From NCBI GenBank assembly GCA_027371725.1, contig DAHXMN010000001.1:400-64399 (forward strand): a stretch of 64,000 nt of DNA. The letters are read 5' to 3'. Source of the stretch: Candidatus Woesearchaeota archaeon (GTDB lineage: Archaea; Nanobdellota; Nanobdellia; Woesearchaeales; UBA525). Each line of letters opens with the position of its first letter. Position 1 is the stretch's first letter. The notes beneath the pieces were generated by a model. It was not told where the DNA came from, did not search any database, and was given only the letters and a program-made list of their open reading frames with translations. Position numbers and translations under genes: made by a program. This document shows positions 1-8,909 of the stretch, in pieces.

Positions 1-595
1 CCTTCAATTGATCAAGACGGTCATTCATTTCAATATCACTACTGAGACCGGTCTCGATCGCGTAGATGTGCATCTTCTCCTCGTGGAAGCACTCCTCGAT
101 CGAGTCGAAGCCGCTGTTCGAGCCGAACAGCGAGAACCACGGCGTCCATGCATGGGCGGGGATGATCTCGATGTCGCCGCTGATCGCTTTCAAGTCCTTG
201 ACGAACTTCCACGCGGGGATCTTGAAGATAGGCCGTCCGTCGTAGTCTATCCGCCCGTAGCCCGATAAATACGTCGTGATCCTGTCCACGACGTCGAAGC
301 CCGGCGCGAGGACGACGAGGTGGATCCGCCTGCCTCGCCCTTCCGTGTAGATGAGCGAGATCTCCGTCTGGAGGACGAACGGCTGACCGGTCTTCGTGTA
401 GTGGATGCCGTCCTTCTCTCTCACGAGTTCCGCTTTGAGCTCCTTGATCCATTCCGGATGCGTGAAGTCGCCCGTGCCGAGGACGTCGATGCCCTTGATC
501 CGCGCCCACTTCTCCAGGTTCTGGATGGTGATGTCCTTGCTGCACGCCTGCGCGAAGCGCGAGTGGACGTGGAGGTCGCAGAGGAAGCGGGCCAT
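1..595 (-). CDS. endoQ: Endonuclease Q (EndoQ), N-terminal part; the 3' end of the gene lies beyond the window start
   Basis: Hand translation of the minus strand from ATG at 595: MARFLCDLHVHSRFAQACSKD...GTGD...IPAHAWTPWFS...ETGLSSDIEM. This matches the EndoQ/PHP-like motifs DLHIHS, GTGD, GPAHAFTPW and ELGLSADSDM recalled from Pyrococcus EndoQ. The frame is not in the ORF track because it runs off the window. Confidence 0.7.
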   Translation of the reverse strand, partial: MARFLCDLHVHSRFAQACSKDITIQNLEKWARIKGIDVLGTGDFTHPEWIKELKAELVREKDGIHYTKTGQPFVLQTEISLIYTEGRGRRIHLVVLAPGFDVVDRITTYLSGYGRIDYDGRPIFKIPAWKFVKDLKAISGDIEIIPAHAWTPWFSLFGSNSGFDSIEECFHEEKMHIYAIETGLSSDIEMNDRLDQLK

Positions 596-682
596 CCTGG
601 GAGACCCCTTCTCCGGTTTATTTAGTTTTAGTTATTTTACCATATCTTTTATAAATCGTTTTAGTTCTTCACGTCTATCCAC

Positions 683-783
683 AGCCCCGTGGTGTAGCGG
701 TCAATCATTCCAGCCTTTGGCGGCGGCGACCTTCCTCGCCCCGAAGAAAGCTGGGGACCTCGGTTCGAATCCGAGCGGGGCTA
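683..783 (+). tRNA. tRNA-Gln(TTG) with a canonical 28-nt intron (721..748) after anticodon-loop position 37
   Basis: Acceptor AGCCCCG pairs with CGGGGCT and the discriminator is A. Anticodon stem CCAGC/GCTGG with loop CT-TTG-G[intron]A. T-arm CTCGG-TTCGAAT-CCGAG. It is near-identical in its arms to the second tRNA-Gln at 8655. Confidence 0.8.
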
Positions 784-785
784 TA

Positions 786-1662
786 ATGGAGATTTATCCT
801 TCAATTAATGAATGGACTGCTGAAGTAGTTACTCATTTAGTGAACGCTCGAACAGAAGAAAATCAGTATTTGGAATATAAACGTGTACTTGACTCGCAGA
901 ATTCAAAGACTTTTCGTCGGAACATAGAACAAACTTTGTGTTCATTTGCGAATGCAAAGGGAGGGTTTGTTCTCTTTGGCATTGACGATAAAGATCGGTC
1001 TGTTTCGGGAATTACTATAAAACCGGAGGACGAAATGGAGTTATATATTGGTCAAATAGTAGCTAATGTCATCCCAACTATTGTTTTTCAGACTAAGACA
1101 ATCAATATTGATAACAAGCAGGTCTTAGTAGTTCATGTTGAAGAAAGTGTTGACCAACCCGTACAATGGCTCTGATGGTACATTCTATATTCGTGTGGGG
1201 AGTCAATCCGCACCCATTAGCAGAGATTTCTTAAGAGATATGTTTCTTACGCGAGATTTCAAACGACAGAAATATTTGCGACTTGTTTATGAACGAGAAT
1301 ATATCTACGATTTAATAAAGTCTGACGATCAGATTTACAATTCTCTTCCTCAGTATCACGCTCTGCGAATCGAGGAGTTACAGAAAGCAGTCATGGAGTA
1401 TGTTGGTTATTTCAAACCGGGTGCTCAAGATCACATCAAGAATATCAATAAACATCTTAGGGATCTAAAGCGACAGAAACAGTTATTTCAGTTGTCAATA
1501 GATATTATACTAAAAGAACATTACGGACAAAACTGGACGAGTTTTGATTCATTCATTCAACACGCTTGTTCAAAAGCGAACTTCTTTAATTACAACTCAC
1601 TTATTTTCTCGACGTTAAATAATTTGAAGTCTGAGCTTGATGAACTCTGGAAGTATATTTAG
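786..1662 (+). pseudogene. AlbA_2 (Schlafen-like putative DNA-binding) domain protein with a +1 frameshift near 1165-1175; lies in an AT-rich island directly 3' of tRNA-Gln(TTG)
   Basis: Frame 0 (786..1175) encodes ...FANAKGGFVLFGIDDKDRSVSGI...VVHVEESVDQPVQWL*. Frame +1 (1135..1662) continues ...DGTFYIRVGSQSAPISRDFLRDMF, the expected continuation of an AlbA_2 core. Local GC is about 38% against about 65% for the flanks. Confidence 0.55.
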
Positions 1663-1881
1663 TTCAAATCAAAAGTAAGATCAGCAATATTCTTTACAAA
1701 GTCAGAGAACTTCATACTCGCTGTTTCTAATAGAATAGTACTCTCTCTCATTATTGTTGTGTCATGAATTCCTTCCGATAAACACCGTCATATATATGAG
1801 GTCTTAATTCTTGAGAATTTTTCCGTCACCTTTTTAATCTCTCGTGCCGAGGGGGCCGTATCGTTCGTTCCGGAGGGGATC

Positions 1882-2172
1882 GTGATGGAGCGGAAGGCTG
1901 CGGGTTCGAAGAAGGGTTTCAAGAAGGAGTTCAAGGACGAGTGGAAGAAGGACTGGAGGCAGGAGATGAGGGACGTGAAGGAGATGAAGAGGATGAACGT
2001 CTGCGCGCCGCATCACGCGTGCGGAGCCGGGGGCGCGCTCTATTTCGTCGGGTTCATCGGCGCGGCCGTCTACTACGTCCAGCAGGCCACCGGGTTCTGG
2101 TACGGCGTCCTCGGGATATTGAAGGCGCTCGTCTGGCCGGCGTTCCTCGTCTACAAGCTCCTCGGCCTCTGA
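1882..2172 (+). CDS. small membrane protein (lysine-rich N-terminus, two hydrophobic helices)
   Basis: 96-aa ORF with GC3-rich codon usage and a hydrophobic C-terminal half. It is preferred over the 398-aa antisense ORF 1834..3030. Confidence 0.45.
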   Translation: MMERKAAGSKKGFKKEFKDEWKKDWRQEMRDVKEMKRMNVCAPHHACGAGGALYFVGFIGAAVYYVQQATGFWYGVLGILKALVWPAFLVYKLLGL

Positions 2173-2214
2173 GGGGCCGATACCTTTTTGAACGGGGGCG
2201 AGTGAGCGGCAGCC

Positions 2215-2772
2215 ATGTTCGCGCAGCTCTTCGTCGCGTGCTGGGTCGCCCTGGGGATCGTCTGGCTCGTCGCCCGGCTCTCCCAGAAACGGACCGCGGA
2301 GCGGCAGGACTTCTGGGGCTCGGTCTCCTGGCTCCCCCTCTACCTCCTCGGCTTCGTCCTCCTCTGGCTCGGCATACGCGGCCCCCTCGACGCGAGGATC
2401 CTGCCCGCGACGACGGCCATACAGGCCACGGGCCTCCTCCTCACCATAACCGGCCTCGTCCTCGCGACTTGGGCGCGGATCATCCTCGGCCGGAACTGGA
2501 GCGCCACCGTCGCCCTGAAAGAGGGCCACGAGCTCATCCAGGAAGGGCCGTACGCCCTCGTCCGCCACCCCATCTACACCGCGCTCATCCTCATGTACCT
2601 CGGCACTGCGCTCGCCCTCGGCACCGGCCCTGCTCTTCTTGGCTTCCTCCCCTTCGCGGTCAGCTTCTGGATCAAGCTCAAGGCGGAGGAACGCCTCATG
2701 CTGAAAGCCTTCGGCAAGCGGTACGAGGCCTACAAGCAAGCGGTCAAGGCCCTCGTCCCGGGCCTCTTCTAG
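2215..2772 (+). CDS. isoprenylcysteine carboxyl methyltransferase (ICMT)/PEMT-family membrane methyltransferase
   Basis: Multi-TM protein carrying the C-terminal ICMT-family signature EGHELIQEGPYALVRHPIYTALIL. Confidence 0.65.
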   Translation: MFAQLFVACWVALGIVWLVARLSQKRTAERQDFWGSVSWLPLYLLGFVLLWLGIRGPLDARILPATTAIQATGLLLTITGLVLATWARIILGRNWSATVALKEGHELIQEGPYALVRHPIYTALILMYLGTALALGTGPALLGFLPFAVSFWIKLKAEERLMLKAFGKRYEAYKQAVKALVPGLF

Positions 2773-2809
2773 CGATGCATTTTTAAACGCCGTCCGGGAG
2801 AGAGAAACC

Positions 2810-3244
2810 ATGGCCTCGTATTCCTGGCTCGTCTTTGCCCTCCTCTCCGCCTTCTTCGCGGCTCTCGTCGCGATCTTCGGCAAGATCGGGCTGCAGGGCG
2901 TCGACACGAACCTCGCCACCGCGATTCGCGCTGTCATCATGGCTGCGTTCCTGGTCGGCGTCGTCGCGCTCCAGGGCCGTCTCGAGAACCTCGGCACCGT
3001 CTTCGCGAACCATAAGGCGTTGTTCTTCATCGTCCTGAGCGGCGTCGCGGGCGCGGTCTCGTGGCTCTGCTACTTCCTCGCCCTTCGGATGGGCGACGTC
3101 TCGAAAGTGGCGCCCATCGACCGGCTGAGCGTCGTCTTCGCGATCGTCTTCGCCCTGGTCTTCCTCGGCGAGAAGCTGAGCTGGAAGGCGGGCATCGGCG
3201 CCGCCCTGATGGCCGCGGGCGCGGTCATTCTCGCGATGGGCTAG
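2810..3244 (+). CDS. EamA-domain (DMT superfamily) small 4-TM membrane protein
   Basis: 144 aa and hydrophobic throughout, with EamA-like helices. Confidence 0.55.
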   Translation: MASYSWLVFALLSAFFAALVAIFGKIGLQGVDTNLATAIRAVIMAAFLVGVVALQGRLENLGTVFANHKALFFIVLSGVAGAVSWLCYFLALRMGDVSKVAPIDRLSVVFAIVFALVFLGEKLSWKAGIGAALMAAGAVILAMG

Positions 3245-3248
3245 CAGT

Positions 3249-3917
3249 TTACCTTTTCTCCCCTATTGCTTCAAGCTCTTCTCGGAAGAGATCTCTCTGT
3301 TCAAAGAAGCCGACGTCTCTCAGCTGAAGGCCGCTTCGCCCGAAAGGATGCTCTAGAATCTTAAACATTTCACTTATGGCTTTCTTTGTTAGTGGTATCT
3401 TGTAGTGATGCGCTAAGACCAGAATGAGAATGATCTGCGTGTCTTCTGTGACGTAATGCGTCGTGCCGCGGGGGTTCGAATGTATGAAGTTATTCCGTTG
3501 GAGGAAAAAATGATCGAGGATGTCGCTTAACCGTTCGTATTGTTCTTCTGAGTATTCTTCTTTGACGTCGGAGAGGACTCTCTTCTTGAGAAATGAGAAT
3601 GCTATCTTACGCTTGTTCTTCTGATATTCGGTCCAGAATCCAATCCAATCCTTCTGCATAAGACAGAGCGCGAGAAGCTTCTCCACCCCTATGCAGAGAA
3701 TCGCGATGTTGGTATTCATCTCGGGAAACGAGATATTCCTCTCAATTGGCTGCAAGGCCTTAATGATGTGTGTCGAGACGATATCGGCGTGGATCTTCAG
3801 GAATGATTCTCGTTGGATGTCCTTGAACCTTATGATATCGTCTACATCTCGCTCATAGAAGTCCGATATTTCTTTGTTGATTTCCTTGAGAGAGAGGAAC
3901 GGGGAGTCTTCATTCAT
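3249..3917 (-). CDS. hypothetical protein in an AT-rich islet with a possible HEPN-like Rx4H motif
   Basis: 222-aa ORF at about 40% GC within a 65% GC context. It contains RNNFIH (R-x4-H), which is reminiscent of HEPN/Abi-type RNase motifs. Otherwise unrecognised. Confidence 0.45.
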   Translation of the reverse strand: MNEDSPFLSLKEINKEISDFYERDVDDIIRFKDIQRESFLKIHADIVSTHIIKALQPIERNISFPEMNTNIAILCIGVEKLLALCLMQKDWIGFWTEYQKNKRKIAFSFLKKRVLSDVKEEYSEEQYERLSDILDHFFLQRNNFIHSNPRGTTHYVTEDTQIILILVLAHHYKIPLTKKAISEMFKILEHPFGRSGLQLRDVGFFEQRDLFREELEAIGEKR

Positions 3918-3932
3918 CGGACGTCATTCTCT

Positions 3933-4307
3933 CTAGCCGTGCATCCTGACGAGGTGGCACGCGTCGACGCGCTTGCAGTACCGCGCGGCGTCCGCACCAT
4001 CCGCCTCGACGTGCAGCAGGACCGTCCCGTTCTCGACGCTGACGACGAAGGTGTGGCGCTCGCTCCCGTTCGCGGCCGTGACGATGAGGGCGTTGTCGCG
4101 GATGCCGCCGCGCGTCGAGAAGGTGTAGTTCCCGTCGGGGAGCGCGGCCTGCGCGGCGCCCAGCGCACTATCGGCCTGCGCCTGCGTCGGCTTCTGCCAG
4201 TCCCGGTACACGTCCCGGACGATGCCTGCGATGACGATGATGATGAAGAGCGCCACGATGGCGATCGAGACGATCCTGAGGGTCCTTCTCTTCTTGTCCG
4301 CCTTCAT
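3933..4307 (-). CDS. small membrane-anchored protein (N-terminal TM, extracytoplasmic domain)
   Basis: Start chosen at MKADKKRRTLRIVSIAIVALFIIIVIAGI. The upstream part of the ORF looks like frame read-through. Confidence 0.4.
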   Translation of the reverse strand: MKADKKRRTLRIVSIAIVALFIIIVIAGIVRDVYRDWQKPTQAQADSALGAAQAALPDGNYTFSTRGGIRDNALIVTAANGSERHTFVVSVENGTVLLHVEADGADAARYCKRVDACHLVRMHG

Positions 4308-4927
4308 GCTTTCGCCTCCGTTGTCCCGCCGAAGAGCAGCGTACCGATGACGAATGTGCCGTACGTGATGAAGTACGCGCTCGCCACGTCGATGGAGTAA
4401 TGGACATGCATCAGCAATACCGTGGCCGCCAGGATGATCGACGAGGCGAGCATGAACCGCTTCATCCACGGATGCGTGAAGACGAGGTAGCCGAGGAACG
4501 GCAGCCCCGTGTGCCCGGAGAAGAAGAGGTCGTTCGAGTAGGAGAGGACGCTCAGGAAGCCGGGCGTGGCGACGTTGATCGCGCCGATCGGCGCCCGGAG
4601 ATGCGTCAGCACGACGAACCCGGAACGCACCAGGAGGAAGAGGCCGAGCATGCCCAGCGCGTAGTGGAACCGCTTCGGCTCGAACACGAGCGGATACAGC
4701 AAGTACACGACGAAGACGAGGACGGCGCCCCAGATGAAGAGGAAACTGAGGTTCACCACGGGCAGCGCGTCAAGCAACAAGTCCGGCACCGGCGCCGTCC
4801 GCGTCTCGTCCACGTAGTTGCTCGATACGACGGTCGAGACGATGGCGAGGGCGAAGAAGAAGAGCGCGAGGAGGATCTCTCCTTTGTGGTGCAGGATGTC
4901 GTCCTTCCACTCCCGGAACGCGGTCAT
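4304..4927 (-). CDS. PAP2-superfamily (PAP2_C / sphingomyelin-synthase-like) integral membrane protein
   Basis: 6-TM protein with FFSGHTG and MHVHYSIDV, resembling the PAP2 motifs PSGH and SRx5Hx3D. Confidence 0.5.
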   Translation of the reverse strand: MTAFREWKDDILHHKGEILLALFFFALAIVSTVVSSNYVDETRTAPVPDLLLDALPVVNLSFLFIWGAVLVFVVYLLYPLVFEPKRFHYALGMLGLFLLVRSGFVVLTHLRAPIGAINVATPGFLSVLSYSNDLFFSGHTGLPFLGYLVFTHPWMKRFMLASSIILAATVLLMHVHYSIDVASAYFITYGTFVIGTLLFGGTTEAKA

Positions 4928-5061
4928 GCCGGGAGTCCCCCGTCAGGAGTTATAAATCTATTGCCTGTGGACGGCGGGCGCATATCTTCTTTTCATCCCG
5001 CTTATAATTTTCCGGTCTTTGAGCACAATCATTTTATAGGGCCTCTTCCCCTACAGCCTCA

Positions 5062-5679
5062 ATGGTCCCGCGGAAGAACCTCTACCCGTACGCGGCCTTC
5101 CTCCTCCTCTATGCCGCGCTCTTCGCGTATAATCTCTCCGACGGGTCGAAGGGGGCGTGGGACAACGTCGCCTCGCTCTTCATCGTCACGGCCATCTTCC
5201 TCCTGAGCGGCTGGGCGGACCTCGGCCCCGGCCTCTTCCTCCTCGCCAACCTGCCCCTGCTGGCGCACAACCTCGGCACCGTCGGCACCGCCGTCCTCTA
5301 CGGGACGCACCTCGGCCCGCTGCCCTACGACAAGTTCATCCATCTCTTCTCCACGATCGTCTTCGCCGCGCTCCTCTTCCGCACGCTTCTCCGGCACAGG
5401 ATGCTCCGCAGCGTCGCGGCGGCCGCCTTCTTCGCCTTCACCGTCGTCTCCTTCTTCGGCGTGATGACCGAGATTGTCGAATACGAGGGCTATCTCCACC
5501 TCCCGTCGAGCTCCGGCTTCTTCAACAGCCAGCAGGGGCCCGCCCCCGAGACGGGGACGCTCCTCTACGCCGACACGGTCACTGACCTCATCGCGAACGA
5601 GGCCGGTGCGCTCGCCGGCGTCCTCCTCTTCCTGCCTGCGCTCGGCCGCAGTACGCGAGGCAGGGCCAAGCCCTCCTGA
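5062..5679 (+). CDS. integral membrane protein (possibly DUF2238/YjdF-like)
   Basis: 205 aa with multiple TM helices. Preferred over the 467-aa antisense ORF 5059..6462. Confidence 0.4.
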   Translation: MVPRKNLYPYAAFLLLYAALFAYNLSDGSKGAWDNVASLFIVTAIFLLSGWADLGPGLFLLANLPLLAHNLGTVGTAVLYGTHLGPLPYDKFIHLFSTIVFAALLFRTLLRHRMLRSVAAAAFFAFTVVSFFGVMTEIVEYEGYLHLPSSSGFFNSQQGPAPETGTLLYADTVTDLIANEAGALAGVLLFLPALGRSTRGRAKPS

Positions 5680-5887
5680 CGGCCGTTCTCCCCCGGAGCG
5701 CTCCCGCGCATTCCTCCGGCTCTTCGGCGGTTGGGCTGCGCCCTCGGGACGGTCCTTCGGCGGAACGAGCAATCCCCCCGACCCGGCCGCACAGCGACTC
5801 TCGCTGCGGGGACTGACGGGGCGCGGTACGGAAGCGATTCGCCGAAGGGCCCATCTCTCCTCAAACTTTAAATAGCCTCCCTGAGTC

Positions 5888-6862
5888 TTGATGTCCATGG
5901 AGACGATCAGCGTCCGCAAGCTCACAAAGCGGTACGGCAAGCTCCTCGCCGTGGACGGCATCAGCCTCGACATCCGGAAGGGCGAGATCTTCGGCCTGCT
6001 GGGCCCGAACGGCGCGGGAAAGTCCACCACTCTGCTGATGCTCTCCACGCTCCTCGCGCCGACGAGCGGAAGCGCGACCGTGAACGGCCATGACATCCGT
6101 ACGGAACCTGCCGCGGTCCGGGACTCGATCGGCATGGTCTTCCAGGACCCGAGCAGCGACGAGCTCCTCACCGCGTACGAGAACCTCAAGCTCCACGCGC
6201 TCATGTACGACGTCCCGCTCCGCGAGATCGACAGGCGCATCGATGACGCGCTCGGTCTCGTCGACCTCCGCGGCCGAAAGAACGACCAGGTGAAGAAGTA
6301 CTCGGGCGGGATGCGGCGCCGCATGGAGATCGCACGGGGGCTGCTCCACGAACCCGCAGTCCTCTTCCTCGACGAGCCCACCATCGGCCTCGACCCGCAG
6401 ACGCGGAAGCACATCTGGGAGTACATCCGCGGCCTCGCCTCGCGGCGGGAGATGACGATCATCCTGACGACGCATTACATGGAGGAAGCGGACCAATTGT
6501 GCGACCGCGTCGCGATCATCGACGGCGGCCGCATCGTCGCGCTCGGCGCGCCGGCGGAGCTGAAGGCAGGGATCAAAGGGGATCTCGTCACGCTCACCGG
6601 GAAGGCGCTGAAGCTGAGCGGGGTGCAGAAGCTCCCCTTCGTCCAGGCGGTAGAGCGGAACGGCGGGAAAGCATGCATCCATGTCACGGACGCGGCGAAG
6701 AACCTGCCGCGCCTCCTGCGGGTGGCGGGCGCAGTCGACTCCGTCGAGGTCCACTCCCCCGATTTCGATGACGTCTTCCTCCGGTACACGGGCAAGGCGA
6801 TACGCGACGGCGACGCGGACGCGACCGAGTACATGCGCACCATGGCGAGGGCGAAGAAATGA
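5888..6862 (+). CDS. ABC transporter ATP-binding protein (ABC-2/DrrA-like)
   Basis: Walker A GPNGAGKST, signature YSGGMRRRMEIA and Walker B LFLDEPTIGLD. Confidence 0.9.
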   Translation: MMSMETISVRKLTKRYGKLLAVDGISLDIRKGEIFGLLGPNGAGKSTTLLMLSTLLAPTSGSATVNGHDIRTEPAAVRDSIGMVFQDPSSDELLTAYENLKLHALMYDVPLREIDRRIDDALGLVDLRGRKNDQVKKYSGGMRRRMEIARGLLHEPAVLFLDEPTIGLDPQTRKHIWEYIRGLASRREMTIILTTHYMEEADQLCDRVAIIDGGRIVALGAPAELKAGIKGDLVTLTGKALKLSGVQKLPFVQAVERNGGKACIHVTDAAKNLPRLLRVAGAVDSVEVHSPDFDDVFLRYTGKAIRDGDADATEYMRTMARAKK

Positions 6863-7614
6863 GCGCGCGCAAGATAGCCAAAGGGATATACGCGCTCTGG
6901 TACCGCGAGTTCAAGGTCTTCCTCCGAGAGCGGAGCAGGATCATCTCCTCGATCTTCCTGCCGCTCCTCTGGTTCGTCATCTTCGGCGAAGGGATCGGCA
7001 CGATCGCGAACGTCGGCGCTGACTACAACGCCTTCATCTTCCCCGGCTTCCTCGCCATGACGATCATCTTCAGCTCGCTCTTCAACGGCGCCTACCTCGT
7101 CTGGGACCGGAAGATCGACTTCCTCAAAGAAGTGCTCGTCGCGCCCCTCTCACGGACGACGACGTTCGTCGGCAAGGCGCTCGGCGGCGTCACGGATGCG
7201 ATGCTCCAGGCGTGTATCCTCCTCGTCGTCGGCATCGCGATCGGGATGCCCTTCACGTTCTTCAACGTGCCGCTCGTCCTGGTGATGCTGATAGCGTTGG
7301 CGATCGGCTTGGTGAGCCTCGGCCTCATCATCGGCTCATTCATGGAGAGCCCGGAAGGGTTCGGCCTCGTCTCGAGCTTCGCCGTCTACCCGCTCTTCCT
7401 GCTTTCCGGCGCGCTCTACCCCCTCGATAAGCTGCCGGCCTGGATGAAGGTCGTGACGCACCTGGATCCGGCGACGTACGCGGTGGACGGTCTGCGGAGC
7501 GTGACGATCCACGCCTCCTCGCTCCCTTTCGTCACGGATTTAGTCATCGTGCTGGCGTTCGACGTCGTGCTGATAGCGGTCGGGACGTGGGCATTCAATC
7601 GGATGAAGCTCTAG
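6859..7614 (+). CDS. ABC-2 type transporter permease
   Basis: 6-TM permease with an ATGA overlap to the upstream ABC ATPase. Confidence 0.8.
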   Translation: MSARKIAKGIYALWYREFKVFLRERSRIISSIFLPLLWFVIFGEGIGTIANVGADYNAFIFPGFLAMTIIFSSLFNGAYLVWDRKIDFLKEVLVAPLSRTTTFVGKALGGVTDAMLQACILLVVGIAIGMPFTFFNVPLVLVMLIALAIGLVSLGLIIGSFMESPEGFGLVSSFAVYPLFLLSGALYPLDKLPAWMKVVTHLDPATYAVDGLRSVTIHASSLPFVTDLVIVLAFDVVLIAVGTWAFNRMKL

Positions 7615-7841
7615 AGCGCATCGAGGAACGCGACGATGTCCCCTGACTCGCCGATCCAACGGTCGCCGGCTTTCAGCACCGGCACCGTCCACACGCCCGC
7701 CTTCTCGTGTAGGAGGTTCCACATCAAGTCGTCGTCGCGCGGCACCTCGACCTTAGAGTACTTCAGGCGCTTCTCCGCGAGCTTCGCCCGCACCTTGGCG
7801 CAGAATGGGCACCCTTCGAATTGGTACAGCGTCAGTTCCAT
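7611..7841 (-). CDS. glutaredoxin-like protein (CPFC active site)
   Basis: 76 aa containing YQFEGCPFCAKV and WTVPVL. Confidence 0.75.
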   Translation of the reverse strand: MELTLYQFEGCPFCAKVRAKLAEKRLKYSKVEVPRDDDLMWNLLHEKAGVWTVPVLKAGDRWIGESGDIVAFLDAL

Positions 7842-7979
7842 CCGCGGACGGACGCTCGCGACGATTATAAACGTTGCCTTTGAGGGTCGAGAACAGACGT
7901 CCCTTCTTCCGCAGTGACCCTGTCGACTGTGATCGGCCGAGGAGAGGTTTTATAAAACTCGCCGGGTCCACGCACCGTC

Positions 7980-8624
7980 ATGTCGTTCGTCTCTGCCGCC
8001 TTCGCCTGGCTCGGCTCGTTCGCGGTGAACATCATCGCCGCGCTCGGCTACACCGGCGTCTTCCTTCTTATGCTCCTCGAGAGCACGGCGGTTCCAATCC
8101 CTGCGGAGGTCGTCATGCCTTTCGCCGGCTTCCTCGCCGTGTCAGGACGGTTCAACCTCTGGATCGTCATCCTCGTCGCCGGCCTCGGCAGCGTCGCGGG
8201 AACGCTCCTTTCCTACGCGCTCGGCCGCTACGGCGGCGAGCCGCTCCTCCACCGCTACGGACGATACCTCCTCCTCGAGACAGAGGACCTCCGCCGCACC
8301 GAACGATGGTTCGCGCGCCGAGGCGACACCACCGTCTTCTTCGCCCGCTTCATCCCTGTGGTGCGTCATCTCATCGGTATCCCTGCAGGAATCGGGAAGA
8401 TGCGTCTCCGGACGCTCTGCATCTACACCTTTCTCGGCGCGAGCATCTGGAACGGCTTCCTCGCAGGGCTCGGCTACTTCCTCGGCCAACACTGGGGCGA
8501 GGTGCGGCAGTACAGCGAGCCGTTCTCGTACGCGGTCGCAGCGCTCCTCGTCATCGGTCTCATATGGTCGCTCGGGCACCACCTCCGGCGACGGCTCGCC
8601 GCGCGCCACCGACGAAACCTTTAA
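7980..8624 (+). CDS. DedA/VTT-domain (SNARE-associated) membrane protein
   Basis: LLESTAVPIPAEVVMPFAGFL and ARFIPVVRHLIGIPAG are typical of the DedA family. Confidence 0.75.
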   Translation: MSFVSAAFAWLGSFAVNIIAALGYTGVFLLMLLESTAVPIPAEVVMPFAGFLAVSGRFNLWIVILVAGLGSVAGTLLSYALGRYGGEPLLHRYGRYLLLETEDLRRTERWFARRGDTTVFFARFIPVVRHLIGIPAGIGKMRLRTLCIYTFLGASIWNGFLAGLGYFLGQHWGEVRQYSEPFSYAVAALLVIGLIWSLGHHLRRRLAARHRRNL

Positions 8625-8654
8625 AAAAGCCCTCCGGTCCCTCCACCGCTCCGC

Positions 8655-8727
8655 AGCCCCGTAGTGTAGCGGCCAATCATTCAGCCCTCTGGAGGCTGAG
8701 ACCTCGGTTCGAATCCGGGCGGGGCTA
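8655..8727 (+). tRNA. tRNA-Gln(CTG), intron-less; the target of the integrated element
   Basis: Acceptor AGCCCCG/CGGGGCT plus A. Anticodon stem CAGCC/GGCTG with loop CT-CTG-GA. T-arm CTCGG-TTCGAAT-CCGGG. Confidence 0.8.
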
Positions 8728-8731
8728 TTAT
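8715..8731. repeat. attL: 17-bp core CCGGGCGGGGCTATTAT overlapping the tRNA-Gln(CTG) 3' end
   Basis: An identical 17-mer recurs at 30614..30630, and a 14/17 degenerate copy at 36044..36060. Confidence 0.8.
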
Positions 8732-8904
8732 TGTTTTTTCCATCTAGAGGACTCAACCGCGCCAGTATCGTATATTCCAGTATATACTTCCTCTCTGTTC
8801 TTCAGAGCTGCGAGGCGTTTCTCGAGAAGTTCGAGGACTTGGGCGATTGTCTCGCAGCGATATTCGCGCAGCAACCGTTCTTTCTCTTGTTCGAGGAGAT
8901 CCAT
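8728..8904 (-). CDS. small integrase-downstream ORF (58 aa) whose stop codon lies inside the att core/tRNA 3' end
   Basis: MDLLEQEKERLLREYRCETIAQVLELLEKRLAALKN... A paralogue (MDLLEQEKERLLRKYGCQTIQEV...) sits just past attR at 30556..30759. Confidence 0.45.
   Translation of the reverse strand: MDLLEQEKERLLREYRCETIAQVLELLEKRLAALKNREEVYTGIYDTGAVESSRWKKQ
8732..8740 (+). terminator. oligo-T tract (TGTTTTTTC) immediately after the tRNA; an archaeal-type terminator
   Basis: T6 run 3' of the tRNA discriminator. Confidence 0.4.
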
Positions 8905-8909
8905 GCCTC

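Noticed and set aside
405-785. N-terminal 127 aa of track ORF 405..1175
   Set aside because: It runs straight through the tRNA-Gln(TTG) gene. The real CDS begins at ATG 786 after the tRNA.
1834-3030. 398-aa minus-strand ORF overlapping three plus-strand genes
   Set aside because: Low-complexity R/E/P-rich translation typical of antisense frames in high-GC DNA. The plus-strand genes have recognisable domains.
5059-6462. 467-aa minus-strand ORF antisense to a membrane protein and the ABC ATPase
   Set aside because: Arg/Gly/Glu-rich nonsense-like composition. The ABC ATPase motifs are on the other strand.
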